In this document: piece after piece, positions 10,998-23,200 of the stretch
How the letters are laid out: each line of letters starts with the position of its first letter
Position numbering within the stretch: position 1 is the stretch's first letter
Origin: Eledone cirrhosa
Taxonomy: Eukaryota
Assembly (NCBI GenBank): GCA_964016885.1
Contig: OZ024746.1
Coordinates: forward strand, 20,026,001 to 20,090,000
Direction of reading: 5' to 3'
DNA length: 64,000 nt
Program-made: the position numbers and the translations under genes
Notes under the pieces: model-generated
Database searches by the model: none
Told to the model about the DNA's origin: nothing
What the model saw: the letters and a program-made list of their open reading frames with translations, nothing else

Positions 10998-11205
10998 TAA
11001 TGGTTTCTTATATAGGCACAAGGCCAGCAATTTTGGAGGAGGGGAAAGTCTATTAAATCGATCCCAGTGCGGATGAAATCGACCCCATAAGGATGAAAGG
11101 CAAAGTTAATCTCGACGAGGATTTGAACTCAGATCATAAAGGGCCGTAATTCTATGCTACAAAGTATAGCGTCCGACCCTCTACCGATACTGCCAATCCA
11201 CCGCC
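10998..11205 (-). mobile_element. Near full-length tRNA-derived SINE
   Basis: Minus strand starts GGCGGTGGATTGGCAGTATCGG (A-box), followed by GAGTTCAAATCC (B-box) and the Nin-like TTTGCCTTTCATCCTTATGGGGTCGAT. Confidence 0.85.
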
Positions 11206-11254
11206 CTCTTTGATCTTATAATAATATATAAAACATCCGTTATATATTATATAG

Positions 11255-11530
11255 GGGGTGAATTAGCAGACGTCGGATAGAATGCTTTACGGTATTCTTC
11301 CCCCCTTATTGCGTGCTCTGAGTTAACATCCCGCCAGTGTCAACTTTGCCTTTCATCCTTTCAAGGTCGATAAAAAAAGTACCAGTCAAGTACTGGGGTC
11401 GATTCTCCCTCTATAGAAAAAATCGGCTGTGTTCAGACCTGGAGAGTGTTGGGCTCTGCCAGGTTTAAAAGTGCCCTAGACACACCGTATGACGGTGCCT
11501 CTATGACTCTACAAGGAGTTATGGGATCTT
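11255..11530 (+). mobile_element. SINE copy followed by a second repeat tail
   Basis: CAACTTTGCCTTTCATCCTTTCAAGGTCGATAAA. The following tail resembles 5215-5300 and 56415-56541. Confidence 0.65.
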
Positions 11531-11601
11531 TATCGCTTTATTATATATTATATCATTCAAGAAATTGAAGTATGGCAACAGAACTGTCTCTTTGTTTTTA
11601 A

Positions 11602-11702
<101 letters not shown>

Positions 11703-11996
11703 CACAGTTCAAGAGTAACAAATCTTAAAGAGAGAGATGGAGATAGGAGAGGCGATAGGAGAGGAGAAGAGAGATTGGTGAATTAGTTAGAAACCAAAGC
11801 GTAAAGGCATGTGCTCAATGTGCAATATGCAGTGGAAGGCAGCTAGGTGGCTGGGTTCATGCAGCCTCGACAGAAGAATACTGCTCGACTATGGCAGACA
11901 ATAGATATACACAGGACACCATAGCGGAATACCAATATATGGAACATTACATTCATGTAACATTCTTTCCTTATTTTAATTTATATTCCTTTTGAA

Positions 11997-12115
11997 GTTC
12001 CGATGAGTTGCTCTAATTTTACCTAAGTTAATTATTTTCAACTGAACCAGATCAATAATGATCTATAATCATTTGATCCAGAAATATTATATGGAGTAGC
12101 GAAACAATTGTAAAC
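11997..12115 (+). ncRNA. Degenerate hammerhead ribozyme motif with a long stem II
   Basis: GTT-CCGATGA-GTTGCTCTA...TGGAGTAGC-GAAA-CAATTG-TA-AAC. The core carries a U4-to-C change. Confidence 0.55.
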
Positions 12116-12234
12116 GGACATTAATATTATTATTATTATTCTCTACGTTCCTTACATCAAACTAAAATATGTTGACAATCTTTTAATAATGTCTTCCTTG
12201 TGAAATTTGTGATCTTGTTTTGCTTAACTAATGA

Positions 12235-12328
<94 letters not shown>

Positions 12329-12571
12329 ACGTTTACTGTTTGTTTATGTTCAATAAACAGAGATCAATATTTTTTTAATCGATCGATATAATCGACTAAA
12401 TTCATTGATTCATTGAAAAAGTGACTCCAGCGTGGTCGTAATCTGATGACTAAAACTAACGTAAGAATAAAAGTATAGTAATGTATATATACATATATGT
12501 ATGTGTGTGTGTGTATGTTTGTGTGTGTGTGAATGTATATGTTTGTTTGTGTGTGTATGTGTGTATGTGTA

Positions 12572-12606
<35 letters not shown>

Positions 12607-12954
12607 GTGTGTATGTGTTTCTGTGTTGAAACTGTAATCGTATTTACATTAAACTTATCTTAGATTTTCAAATAAACGTTTTTTGTAGGTAAAATATTTA
12701 TTACTAAATTACACCAACGACTGAGAGTTATTCAAGTTAAACTGTCTATTTTAGTTAAATTTCCGTTTGATATAAATGACTTGTTTATACGTTATCATGT
12801 TTGGTGGAAGGATACGGCTAGTTATCTTCTGATGAACGCCCAACAAACTATGAAACATTGTACAACGAGGGTTATTATTTAACATCAGCTGACCCCCGTG
12901 CCGTCAAAAATGACGGCTAGTTGTAATATCTATACATAATATAAAAAAGAGATG

Positions 12955-13385
12955 TTTGTTTGCTGGCTGGCTGGTTGGTTGGTTGGTTGGTTGGTTGGTT
13001 GGCTGGTTGGCTGGTTGGTTGGTTGGCTGGTTGATTGGTTGGTTGGTTGGTTGGTTGGTTGGCTGGCCGGTTGTTTGTTTGGTTGGCTGGTTGGTTGGTT
13101 GGTTGGTTGGTTGGTTGGTTGGTTGGTTGGGTGGTTGGTTGGTTGGTTAGTTGGTTGGCTGGTTGGTTGGTTGGCTGGTTGGTTGGTTGGTTGGTTGGTT
13201 GGTTGGTTGGTTGGCTGGCTGGTTGGTTGGTTGGCTGGCTGGTTGGTTGGTTGGCTGGTTGGCTGGTTGGCTGGTTGGTTGGTTGTTTGGTTGGTTGGTT
13301 GGTTGGTTGGCTGGCTGGTGGGTTGGTTGGCTGGCTGGTTGGTTGGTTGGCTGGTTGGTTGGTTGTTTGGTTGGTTAGTTAGTTG
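12955..13385. repeat. (GGTT/GGCT)n tetranucleotide microsatellite
   Basis: Direct reading. Confidence 0.95.
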
Positions 13386-13890
13386 CTTGCTTCGCGCTCA
13401 CTCACAAGTGATACAAATACACAGCTGTGACGAATCTCAGAACGCTGGACTTCTATAGTTTCTCACCCTCCTTCCTTAATCATATGTAATAATTATTTTT
13501 TTTAAGTCTGTCTGTTTTTGTAATTCTATTGTCTGTATATCTTTCTAAATAAACACACACAAACACATATACACTCACACAAATATTATGTATAAATATA
13601 ATTTACATATACACACACACAAACACTCACATAATCATACAGCCAATGTGTGAAGCGAATTCGCTATACATACACACACACAGAGGTGTAGCGAATGTTA
13701 GACGCTGCCGCCCCTCCTTCCTCAGTCGACGTAATCACCCCTTCCTTCGTCAGTCGACGTAATCACCCCTTCCTTCCTCAGTCATCTCTACTCTCTTACA
13801 GACAAATACACAAGGCTATTATATGAGTAGATTTTAGTGACATCTACATTAAATGTTTCTTCTCTTAGGATCCACCAGATTATCAAATAT

Positions 13891-15060
13891 CCTACACAGC
13901 TGGTCAATGTACCTTCGACACAGCTGGTCAAATGTACCTTCTACACAGCTGGTCAAATGTACCTTCGACACAGCTGGTCAATGTACCTTCGACACAGCTG
14001 GTCAAATGTACCTTCCAGACAGCTGGTCAAATGTACCTTCTACACAGCTGGTCAAATGTCCTTCTAGACAGCTGGTCAAATGTACCTTCTAGACAGCTGG
14101 TCAAATGTCCTTCTACACAGCTGGTCAAATGTCTTTCTACACAGCTGGTCAAATGTACCTTCTACACGGCTGGTCAAATGTCCTTCTACACAGCTGGTCA
14201 AATGTCCTTCTACACAGTTGGTCAAATGTCCTTCTAGACAGCTGGTCAAATGTCCTTCTACACAGTTGGTCAAATGTCTTTCTACACAGCTGGTCAAATG
14301 TACCTTCTACACGGCTGGTCAAATGTCCTTCTACACAGCTGGTCAAATGTCCTTCTACACAGCTGGTCAAATGTCCTTCTACACAGCTGGTCAAATGTCC
14401 TTCTAGACAGCTGGTCAAATGTTCTTCTACACAGCTGGTTAAATATACCTTCTACACAGCTGGTCAAATGTCCTTCTAGAGAGCTGGTCAAATGTCCTTC
14501 TAGACAGCTGGTCAAATGTCCTTCTACATAGCTGGATAAATGTCCTTCTAGACAGCTGGTCAAATGTACCTTCTACACGGCTGGTCAAATGTCCTTCTAG
14601 ACAGCTGGTCAAATGTCCTTCTACACGGCTGGTCAAATGTTTTTCTACACAGCTGGTCAAATGTCCTTCTACACAGCTGATCAAATGTCCTTCTACACAG
14701 CTGGTCAAATGAACCTTCTACACGGCTGGTCAAATGTCCTTCTACACAGCTGGTCAAATGTCCTTCTACACAGCTGGTCAAATGTCCTTCTACACAGCTG
14801 GTCAAATGTCCTTCTAGACAGCTGGTCAAATGTTCTTCTAGACAGCTGGTCAAATGTCCTTCGACACAGCTGGTTAAATATACCTTGTACACAGCTGGTC
14901 AAATGTCCTTCTAGACAGCTGGTCAAATGTCCTTCTAGACAGCTGGTCAAATGTCCTTCTACACAGCTGGATAAATGTCCTTCTAGACAGCTGGTAAAAT
15001 GTCCTTCAACGTGGCTGGCTAGTGAAATGTACCTTAAACATAGCTGATCAAATGTACCTT
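13891..15060. repeat. Minisatellite, 24-25-bp unit CTTCTACACAGCTGGTCAAATGT(A)C, roughly 45-50 copies
   Basis: Direct reading of tandem units. Confidence 0.95.
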
Positions 15061-15117
15061 TTGTATGGACACTTTGGCATAAGTTACGCTATGCTTATAT
15101 ATATATATATATATATT

Positions 15118-15280
15118 AGGGAGAGTCGGGTCCCGACGGTTGAGCTTTGCCGTTCCGACAACTAATTACAGACTTTTAATAGAGTCTGGAATTAGCTGTC
15201 GAAACGGCAAGAGCTCAGCCCTCCCCCCTCTCTCTAAAAGTTACACTCTAAGTTGCTCTCTAAAAGTTACACTCTAAGAG
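15118..15280. mobile_element. Inverted-duplicated short element next to (TA)n (family E)
   Basis: TTGAGCTTTGCCGTTCCGACAACTAATT...AATTAGCTGTCGAAACGGCAAGAGCTCAG forms an inverted repeat. Homologous to 58184-58333, whose tail also matches 237-300. Confidence 0.55.
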
Positions 15281-15354
15281 GTGATCCTGTTTAGGGTGAA
15301 AGCAGAAATTGTTTGCTTAAATGTTTAATCTGTATTAATAAATATTTGCTCTAC

Positions 15355-15406
<52 letters not shown>

Positions 15407-15409
<3 letters not shown>

Positions 15410-15840
15410 GATATTAAATAAATGGAAACTATATTTATAAAACCATATTTATTCTATTATATATATTTCAAGGGTACCAAAAACTTTGGTACGCTTTCAT
15501 CAGATAAAATACAAAGAGTGTTATATAAATTTTGACATAGCCAAGGAAACATACCTTATCAGTTGAATTTTCCTTTTACCCAAGGAAAATTCAACTGATA
15601 AGTATGTTTCCTTGGCTATGTCAAAATTTATATAACACTCTTTGTATTTTATCTGATGAAAGCGTACCAAAGTTTTTGGTACCCTTGAAATATATATAAT
15701 AGAATAAATATGGTTTTATAAATATAGTTTCCATTTATTTAATATCATTGAATATTTACTCCAGAAATTTGTCGAGTGCTCTGAATCAGTTATAAACATT
15801 TATATTTGTTGAATTTCCAACAAATTAAATATCCCTTCTA

Positions 15841-15843
<3 letters not shown>
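15407..15843. mobile_element. Hammerhead-carrying element with a 168-bp inverted duplication (family B), between (TA)n tracts
   Basis: Arms 15407-15575 and 15582-15749 differ by one indel; 6-nt spacer. The tail extends to the TA tract at 15844. Confidence 0.8.
15645..15706 (+). ncRNA. Type I hammerhead ribozyme motif (mirror copy on the minus strand at 15450-15511)
   Basis: TATTTTAT-CTGATGA-AAGCGTACCAAAGTTTTTGGTACCCTT-GAAA-TATATA-TA-ATAGAATA. 8-bp stem I, stem II GTACCAAA/TTTGGTAC, predicted cleavage after 15698. Confidence 0.85.
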
Positions 15844-15893
<50 letters not shown>

Positions 15894-15934
15894 CATATAT
15901 ATATATATATTATACATATATATATATATATTAT

Positions 15935-16031
<97 letters not shown>

Positions 16032-16078
16032 ATATACATATTATACATATATATATATATATATTATACATATATATT

Positions 16079-16118
<40 letters not shown>

Positions 16119-16588
16119 CATATATATATATATATTATACATATATATATATATATATATTATACATATATATATATATATATTATACATATATGTATAT
16201 ATTATACATATATATATATATATATTATACATATATATATATATATTATACATATATATATATATATTATACATATATATATATATATTATACATATATA
16301 TATATATATATTATACATATATATATATATATATTATACATATATGTATATATATATTATACATATATATATATATATTATACATATATATATATATATT
16401 ATACATATATATATATATATATTATACATATATATATATATATATATATATATTATACATATATATATATATATTATACATATATATATATATATATATT
16501 ATACATATATATATATATATATATTATACATATATATATATATATTATACATATATATATATATATTATACATATATATATATATATT

Positions 16589-16626
<38 letters not shown>

Positions 16627-16717
16627 CATATATATATATATATATATATTATACATATATATATATTATACATATATATATATATATATATTATACATAT
16701 ATATATATATATATATT

Positions 16718-16788
<71 letters not shown>

Positions 16789-16881
16789 ATATATATATAA
16801 TATATATATATATATATGTATAATATATATATATATGTATAATATATATATATATATATGTATAATATATATATATATATG

Positions 16882-16913
<32 letters not shown>

Positions 16914-16937
16914 AATATATATATATATATATATATG

Positions 16938-16973
<36 letters not shown>

Positions 16974-16986
16974 AATATATATATAT

Positions 16987-17050
<64 letters not shown>

Positions 17051-17051
17051 A

Positions 17052-17124
<73 letters not shown>

Positions 17125-17149
17125 ATACATATATATATATATATATATT

Positions 17150-17193
<44 letters not shown>

Positions 17194-17280
17194 CATATAT
17201 ATATATTATACATATATATATATATATATTATACATATACATATATATATATATATTATACATATATATATATATATATT

Positions 17281-17432
<152 letters not shown>

Positions 17433-17515
17433 CGTTATTCCGGGTTGAATCGGAGGTAACCACAGTAAGTAAGGTACTCAATACATAGCAGAGTATAAAA
17501 GTTTTAATATAGAAG

Positions 17516-17566
17516 AGATTCTACAGGACTAGAACAGTTTCATTCGTTAGAAATCATCAGGAATCT
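17516..17566 (-). ncRNA. Hammerhead motif in the family A copy at 17432-17580
   Basis: Minus strand reads AGATTC-CTGATGA-TTTCTAACGAAT-GAAA-CTGTTCTAGTCCTG-TA-GAATCT. Confidence 0.6.
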
Positions 17567-17603
17567 TCTATATTAAAACTATATATATCTATATATATAT
17601 TAT

Positions 17604-17655
<52 letters not shown>

Positions 17656-17656
17656 T

Positions 17657-17915
<259 letters not shown>

Positions 17916-17954
17916 CATATATATATATTATACATATATATATATATTATACAT

Positions 17955-17989
<35 letters not shown>

Positions 17990-18009
17990 AATATATATAT
18001 ATATTATAC

Positions 18010-18052
<43 letters not shown>

Positions 18053-18123
18053 CATATATATAATACATATATATATAAATATATATATATTATACATATA
18101 TATAATATATATATATATATATA

Positions 18124-18775
18124 TTTCGTTTCTGAATTTGTTTAGCAAGATTCTTTATCTGAAATCGTGTGTTGAAACCGATATTGTTACACTTTGGGAG
18201 GGTCATGTTGCCAATAAGAAACACACGCACCAGTTGCTTTCACTTCAATTTATTATATATTTATAAATTTATAAATTTACAAATCTACAAATCTACAAAC
18301 TTATAAATTTCTGGTTGGTTGGTTGGTTCCACAACCAGATAGTTGTTTATATATATAGTCATAGTCCTTTCATCACACACTCTGTGACCTCTTCAGTGAC
18401 TGGGGATTCCTTTCTTCGTTTCTGTGCCTTTCCTTTCTTCTATCCTACGCCATTTTGGCGTAGGATAGAAATGGCGTAGGATAGAAATGGCGTAGGATAG
18501 AAATGGCGTAGGATAGAAGAAAGGAAAGGCACAGAAATGAAGAAAGGAATCCCCAGTCACTGAAGAGGTCACAGAGTGTGTGACGAAAGGACTATGACTA
18601 TATATATAAACAACTATCTGGTTGTGGAACCAACCAACCAACCAGAAATTTATAAGTTTGTAGATTTGTAGATTTGTAAATTTATAAATTTATAAATATA
18701 TAATAAATTGAAGTGAAAGCAACTGGTGCGTGTGTTTCTTATTGGCAACATGACCCTCCCAAAGTGTAACAATAT
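18124..18775. mobile_element. Hammerhead-carrying element with a roughly 275-bp inverted duplication inside (TA)n (family F)
   Basis: Arms 18181-18455 and about 18501-18775 are nearly identical. Four tandem 16-bp units lie at the apex. Confidence 0.8.
18555..18599 (+). ncRNA. Minimal type I hammerhead motif (mirror copy on the minus strand at 18357-18401)
   Basis: AGTCA-CTGAAGA-G-GTCACA(GAGTG)TGTGAC-GAAA-GGAC-TA-TGACT. Confidence 0.75.
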
Positions 18776-18844
18776 ATATATTATACATATATATAATACA
18801 TATATATATATATATAATACATATATATAATACATATATATTAT

Positions 18845-18881
<37 letters not shown>

Positions 18882-18895
18882 TATATATATTATAC

Positions 18896-19078
<183 letters not shown>

Positions 19079-19133
19079 AACCTTATCGAGTCCTCTTTGG
19101 ATTTTTGGTCTTCCTATTTATTATTACTATATA

Positions 19134-19264
19134 TGTTTCTGAAGAAGACAGTCGGTGGAACAGGAATTTCGAGACTAGAAATAGAAAGTAACCTAACCAC
19201 TACCATGCTAGTTGATCCATCGATCTTCCACGACCAATCGACCCTCTGGAACGATTGTATAACA
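19134..19264 (+). ncRNA. Degenerate hammerhead motif with a long stem II
   Basis: TGTTT-CTGAAGA-AGACAGTCGGTGGAA...TTCCACGACC..CGACCCTCT-GGAA-CGATTG-TA-TAACA. The GAAA core is mutated to GGAA. Confidence 0.45.
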
Positions 19265-19314
19265 AAAAACTAATTAACTACCTACTTCTGATTTCTGTCT
19301 TGTTTTCATTGTTC

Positions 19315-19353
<39 letters not shown>

Positions 19354-19415
19354 CCAAACACGCATACACACATACGCACACATACCCAAACACACACATA
19401 CACACACGCACACAA

Positions 19416-19465
<50 letters not shown>

Positions 19466-19850
19466 GATAAGTTCACTGAATACAAATAGCCATGGTAGAT
19501 GTACGTAGTGAAGTTAATAGGCAGGTAGTGCTGACTAACATTACGGAGAATTCCGATGATACCCGATGAGAGTAATTCACCTTGGTCTCAAAACATTTTA
19601 TTAGATTCAATAATTATCACTCTTAATCCACCAAATAGCTCCACTTCGCTACTGAACATTAATTTAATAATAGTTGGTTGTCTGTCTATTAAGTGGTGAC
19701 TCAAACTCTATAAACGAACTGAACTGAACCAACCATCTATCGTTAACTGCAAAAATGTCCAACAAATCCTACATATATATACATATATATATATCTAAAC
19801 ACATATATATATACATATATATATATATCTACACACATATTAAACATGAT

Positions 19851-19957
19851 TGTTTCTACTTTTGGCACAAGGCCAGCAATTACCCAGTGTATTACTGGTA
19901 CTTTATTTTATCGACCCCGTAAGGATGAAAGGCAAAGTTAACCTCGGCGGGATTTGA
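19851..19957 (-). mobile_element. 5'-truncated SINE with a target-site duplication
   Basis: Flanked by the direct repeat ACACATATTAAACATGAT at 19833-19850 and 19958-19975. Confidence 0.85.
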
Positions 19958-20242
19958 ACACATATTAAACATGATGTCTACATGATGTCTACATTCTACT
20001 ACTGTATTGAGTACCTTAGTAACTGTAGTTACCACCGATTGAACCCGGGTCTCACACTAACACACACACACACACACACACACACAACTCACACACACAA
20101 ATACGGTGAGGCGCTGTGTGTGTATGAAGGTGGACAGGGGGTTCACTAGATATTTGTCTGAGCTCAAATGAAATATAATAAGCAGCTAATGTAACTAACG
20201 ATTAGGTTTGATTAGAATGTTGACGACATTCTTAGTGTCTTC

Positions 20243-23200
20243 GTGTGGTGTGGTGTGGTGTGGTGTAATGTAGTGTGGTGTGGTGTAATGTAGTGTGGTG
20301 TGGTGTAATGTAGTGTGGTGTGGTGTAATGTAGTGTGGTGTGGTGTGGTGTAATGTAGTGTGGTGTGGTGTAATGTAGTGTGGTGTGGTGTAATGTAGTG
20401 TGGTGTGGTGTAATGTAGTGTGGTGTGGTGTAATGTAGTATGGTGTGATGTGGTGTGGTGTGGTGTAATGTAGTGTGGTGTGATGTGGTGTGGTGTGGTG
20501 TAATGTAGTGTGGTGTGGTGTAATGTAGTGTGGTGTGGTGTAATGTAGTGAGGTGTGATGTGGTGTGGTGTGGTGTGGTGTAATGTAGTGTGGTGTGGTG
20601 TGGTGTGGTGTGGTGTAATGTAGTGTGGTGTGATGTGGTGTGGTGTGGTGTGGTGTGGTGTAATGTAGTGTGGTGTAATGTAGTGTGGTGTGGTGTAATG
20701 TAGTGTGGTGTGGTGTAATGTAGTGAGGTGTGATGTGGTGTGGTGTGGTGTGGTGTAGTGTAATGTAGTGTGGTGTGGTGTAATGTAGTGTGGTGTGGTG
20801 TAATGTAGTGTGGTGTGGTGTAATGTAGTATGGTGTGGTGTAATGTAGTGTGGTGTGGTGTGGTGTGGTGTAATGTAGTGTGGTGTGGTGTAATGTAGTG
20901 TGGTGTGGTGTGGTGTAATGTAGTATGGTGTGATGTGGTCTGGTGTGGTGTAATGTAGTGTGGTGTTGTGTGATGTGGTGTGGTGTGGTGTAATGTAGTA
21001 TGGTGTGATGTGGTGTGGTGTGGTGTAATGTAGTGTGGTGTGATGTGGTCTGGTGTGGTGTAATGTAGTGTGGTGTTGTGTGATGTGGTGTGGTGTGGTG
21101 TAATGTAGTATGGTGTGATGTGGTGTGGTGTGGTGTAATGTAGTATGGTGTGATGTGGTCTGGTGTGGTGTAATGTAGTGTGGTGTTGTGTGATGTGGTG
21201 TGGTGTGGTGTAATGTAGTGTGGTGTGGTGTAATGTAGTGTGGTGTGGTGTGGTGTAATGTAGTGTGGTGTGGTGTGGTGTGGTGTAATGTAGTGTGGTG
21301 TGGTGTAATGTAGTATGGTGTGATGTGGTGTGGTGTGGTGTAATGTAGTGTGGTGTGGTGTAATGTAGTATGGTGTGATGTGGTGTGGTGTGGTGTAATG
21401 TAGTGTGGTGTGGTGTAATGTAGTGTGGTGTGGTGTAATGTAGTGTGGTGTGGTGTGGTGTGGTGTAATGTAGTGTGGTGTGGTGTAATGTAGTGTGGTG
21501 TGGTGTGGTGTGGTGTAATGTAGTGTGGTGTGGTGTAATGTAGTGTGGTGTAATGTAGTGTGGTGTGGTGTAATGTAGTGTGGTGTGGTGTGGTGTAATG
21601 TAGTATGGTGTGATGTGGTGTGGTGTGCTGTAATGTAGTGTGGTGTGCTGTAATGTAGTGTGGTGTGGTGTAATGTAGTGTGGTGTGGTGTGGTGTGGTG
21701 TAATGTAGTGTGGTGTGGTGTAATGTAGTGTGGTGTGGTGTAATGTAGTGTGGTGTGGTGTGGTGTGCTGTAATGTAGTGTGGTGTGCTGTAATGTAGTG
21801 TGGTGTGGTGTAATGTAGTGTGGTGTGGTGTGGTGTAATGTAGTGTGGTGTGATGTGGTCTGGTGTGGTGTAATGTAGTGTGGTGTTGTGTGATGTGGTG
21901 TGGTGTGGTGTAATGTAGTATGGTGTGATGTGGTGTGGTGTGGTGTAATGTAGTATGGTGTGATGTGGTCTGGTGTGGTGTAATGTAGTGTGGTGTTATG
22001 TGATGTGGTGTGGTGTGGTGTAATGTAGTGTGGTGTGGTGTAATGTAGTGTGGTGTGGTGTAATGTAGTATGGTGTGGTGTAATGTAGTATGGTGTGGTG
22101 TAATGTAGTGTGGTGTGGTGTGGTGTAATGTAGTGTGGTGTGGTGTAATGTAGTATGGTGTGATGCGGTGTGGTGTGGTGTAATGTAGTGTGGTGTGGTG
22201 TAATGTAGTATGGTGTGATGTGGTCTGGTGTGGTGTAATGTAGTGTGGTGTTGTGTGATGTGGTGTGGTGTGGTGTAATGTAGTATGGTGTGATGTGGTG
22301 TGGTGTGGTGTAATGTAGTATGGTGTGATGTGGTCTGGTGTGGTGTAATGTAGTGTGGTGTTGTGTGATGTGGTGTGGTGTAATGTAGTATGGTGTGATG
22401 TGGTGTGGTGTGGTGTAATGTAGTATGGTGTGATGTGGTCTGGTGTGGTGTAATGTAGTGTGGTGTTGTGTGATGTGGTGTGGTGTGGTGTAATGTAGTG
22501 TGGTGTGGTGTAATGTAGTGTGGTGTGGTGTAATGTAGTATGGTGTGGTGTAATGTAGTGTGGTGTGGTGTGGTGTAATGTAGTGTGGTGTGGTGTAATG
22601 TAGTATGGTGTGATGTGGTGTGGTGTGGTGTAATGTAGTGTGGTGTGGTGTAATGTAGTATGGTGTGATGTGGTGTGGTGTGGTGTAATGTAGTGTGGTG
22701 TGGTGTAATGTAGTGTGGTGTGGTGTAATGTAGTGTGGTGTGGTGTAATGTAGTGTGGTGTGGTGTAATGTAGTGTGGTGTGGTGTAATGTAGTATGGTG
22801 TGATGTGGTGTGGTGTGCTGTAATGTAGTGTGGTGTGCTGTAATGTAGTGTGGTGTGGTGTGGTGTGCTGTAATGTAGTGTGGTGTGCTGTAATGTAGTG
22901 TGGTGTGGTGTAATGTAGTATGGTGTGGTGTAATGTAGTATGGTGTGGTGTAATGTAGTATGGTGTGATGTGGTGTGGTGTGGTGTAATGTAGTGTGGTG
23001 TGGTGTAATGTAGTGTGGTGTGGTGTAATGTAGTGTGGTGTGGTGTAATGTAGTGTGGTGTGGTGTAATGTAGTGTGGTGTGGTGTAATGTAGTATGGTG
23101 TGATGTGGTGTGGTGTGCTGTAATGTAGTGTGGTGTGCTGTAATGTAGTGTGGTGTGCTGTAATGTAGTGTGGTGTGGTGTAATGTAGTATGGTGTGATG

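Noticed and set aside
10998-11205. tRNA genes suggested by A/B boxes
   Set aside because: The boxes belong to SINE heads; there is no cloverleaf, and the copies are many and diverged.
12829-12862. CTGATGA...GAAA-CATTG-TA hammerhead-like words
   Set aside because: No convincing stem I or stem II pairing. It may be a very decayed copy but cannot be supported.
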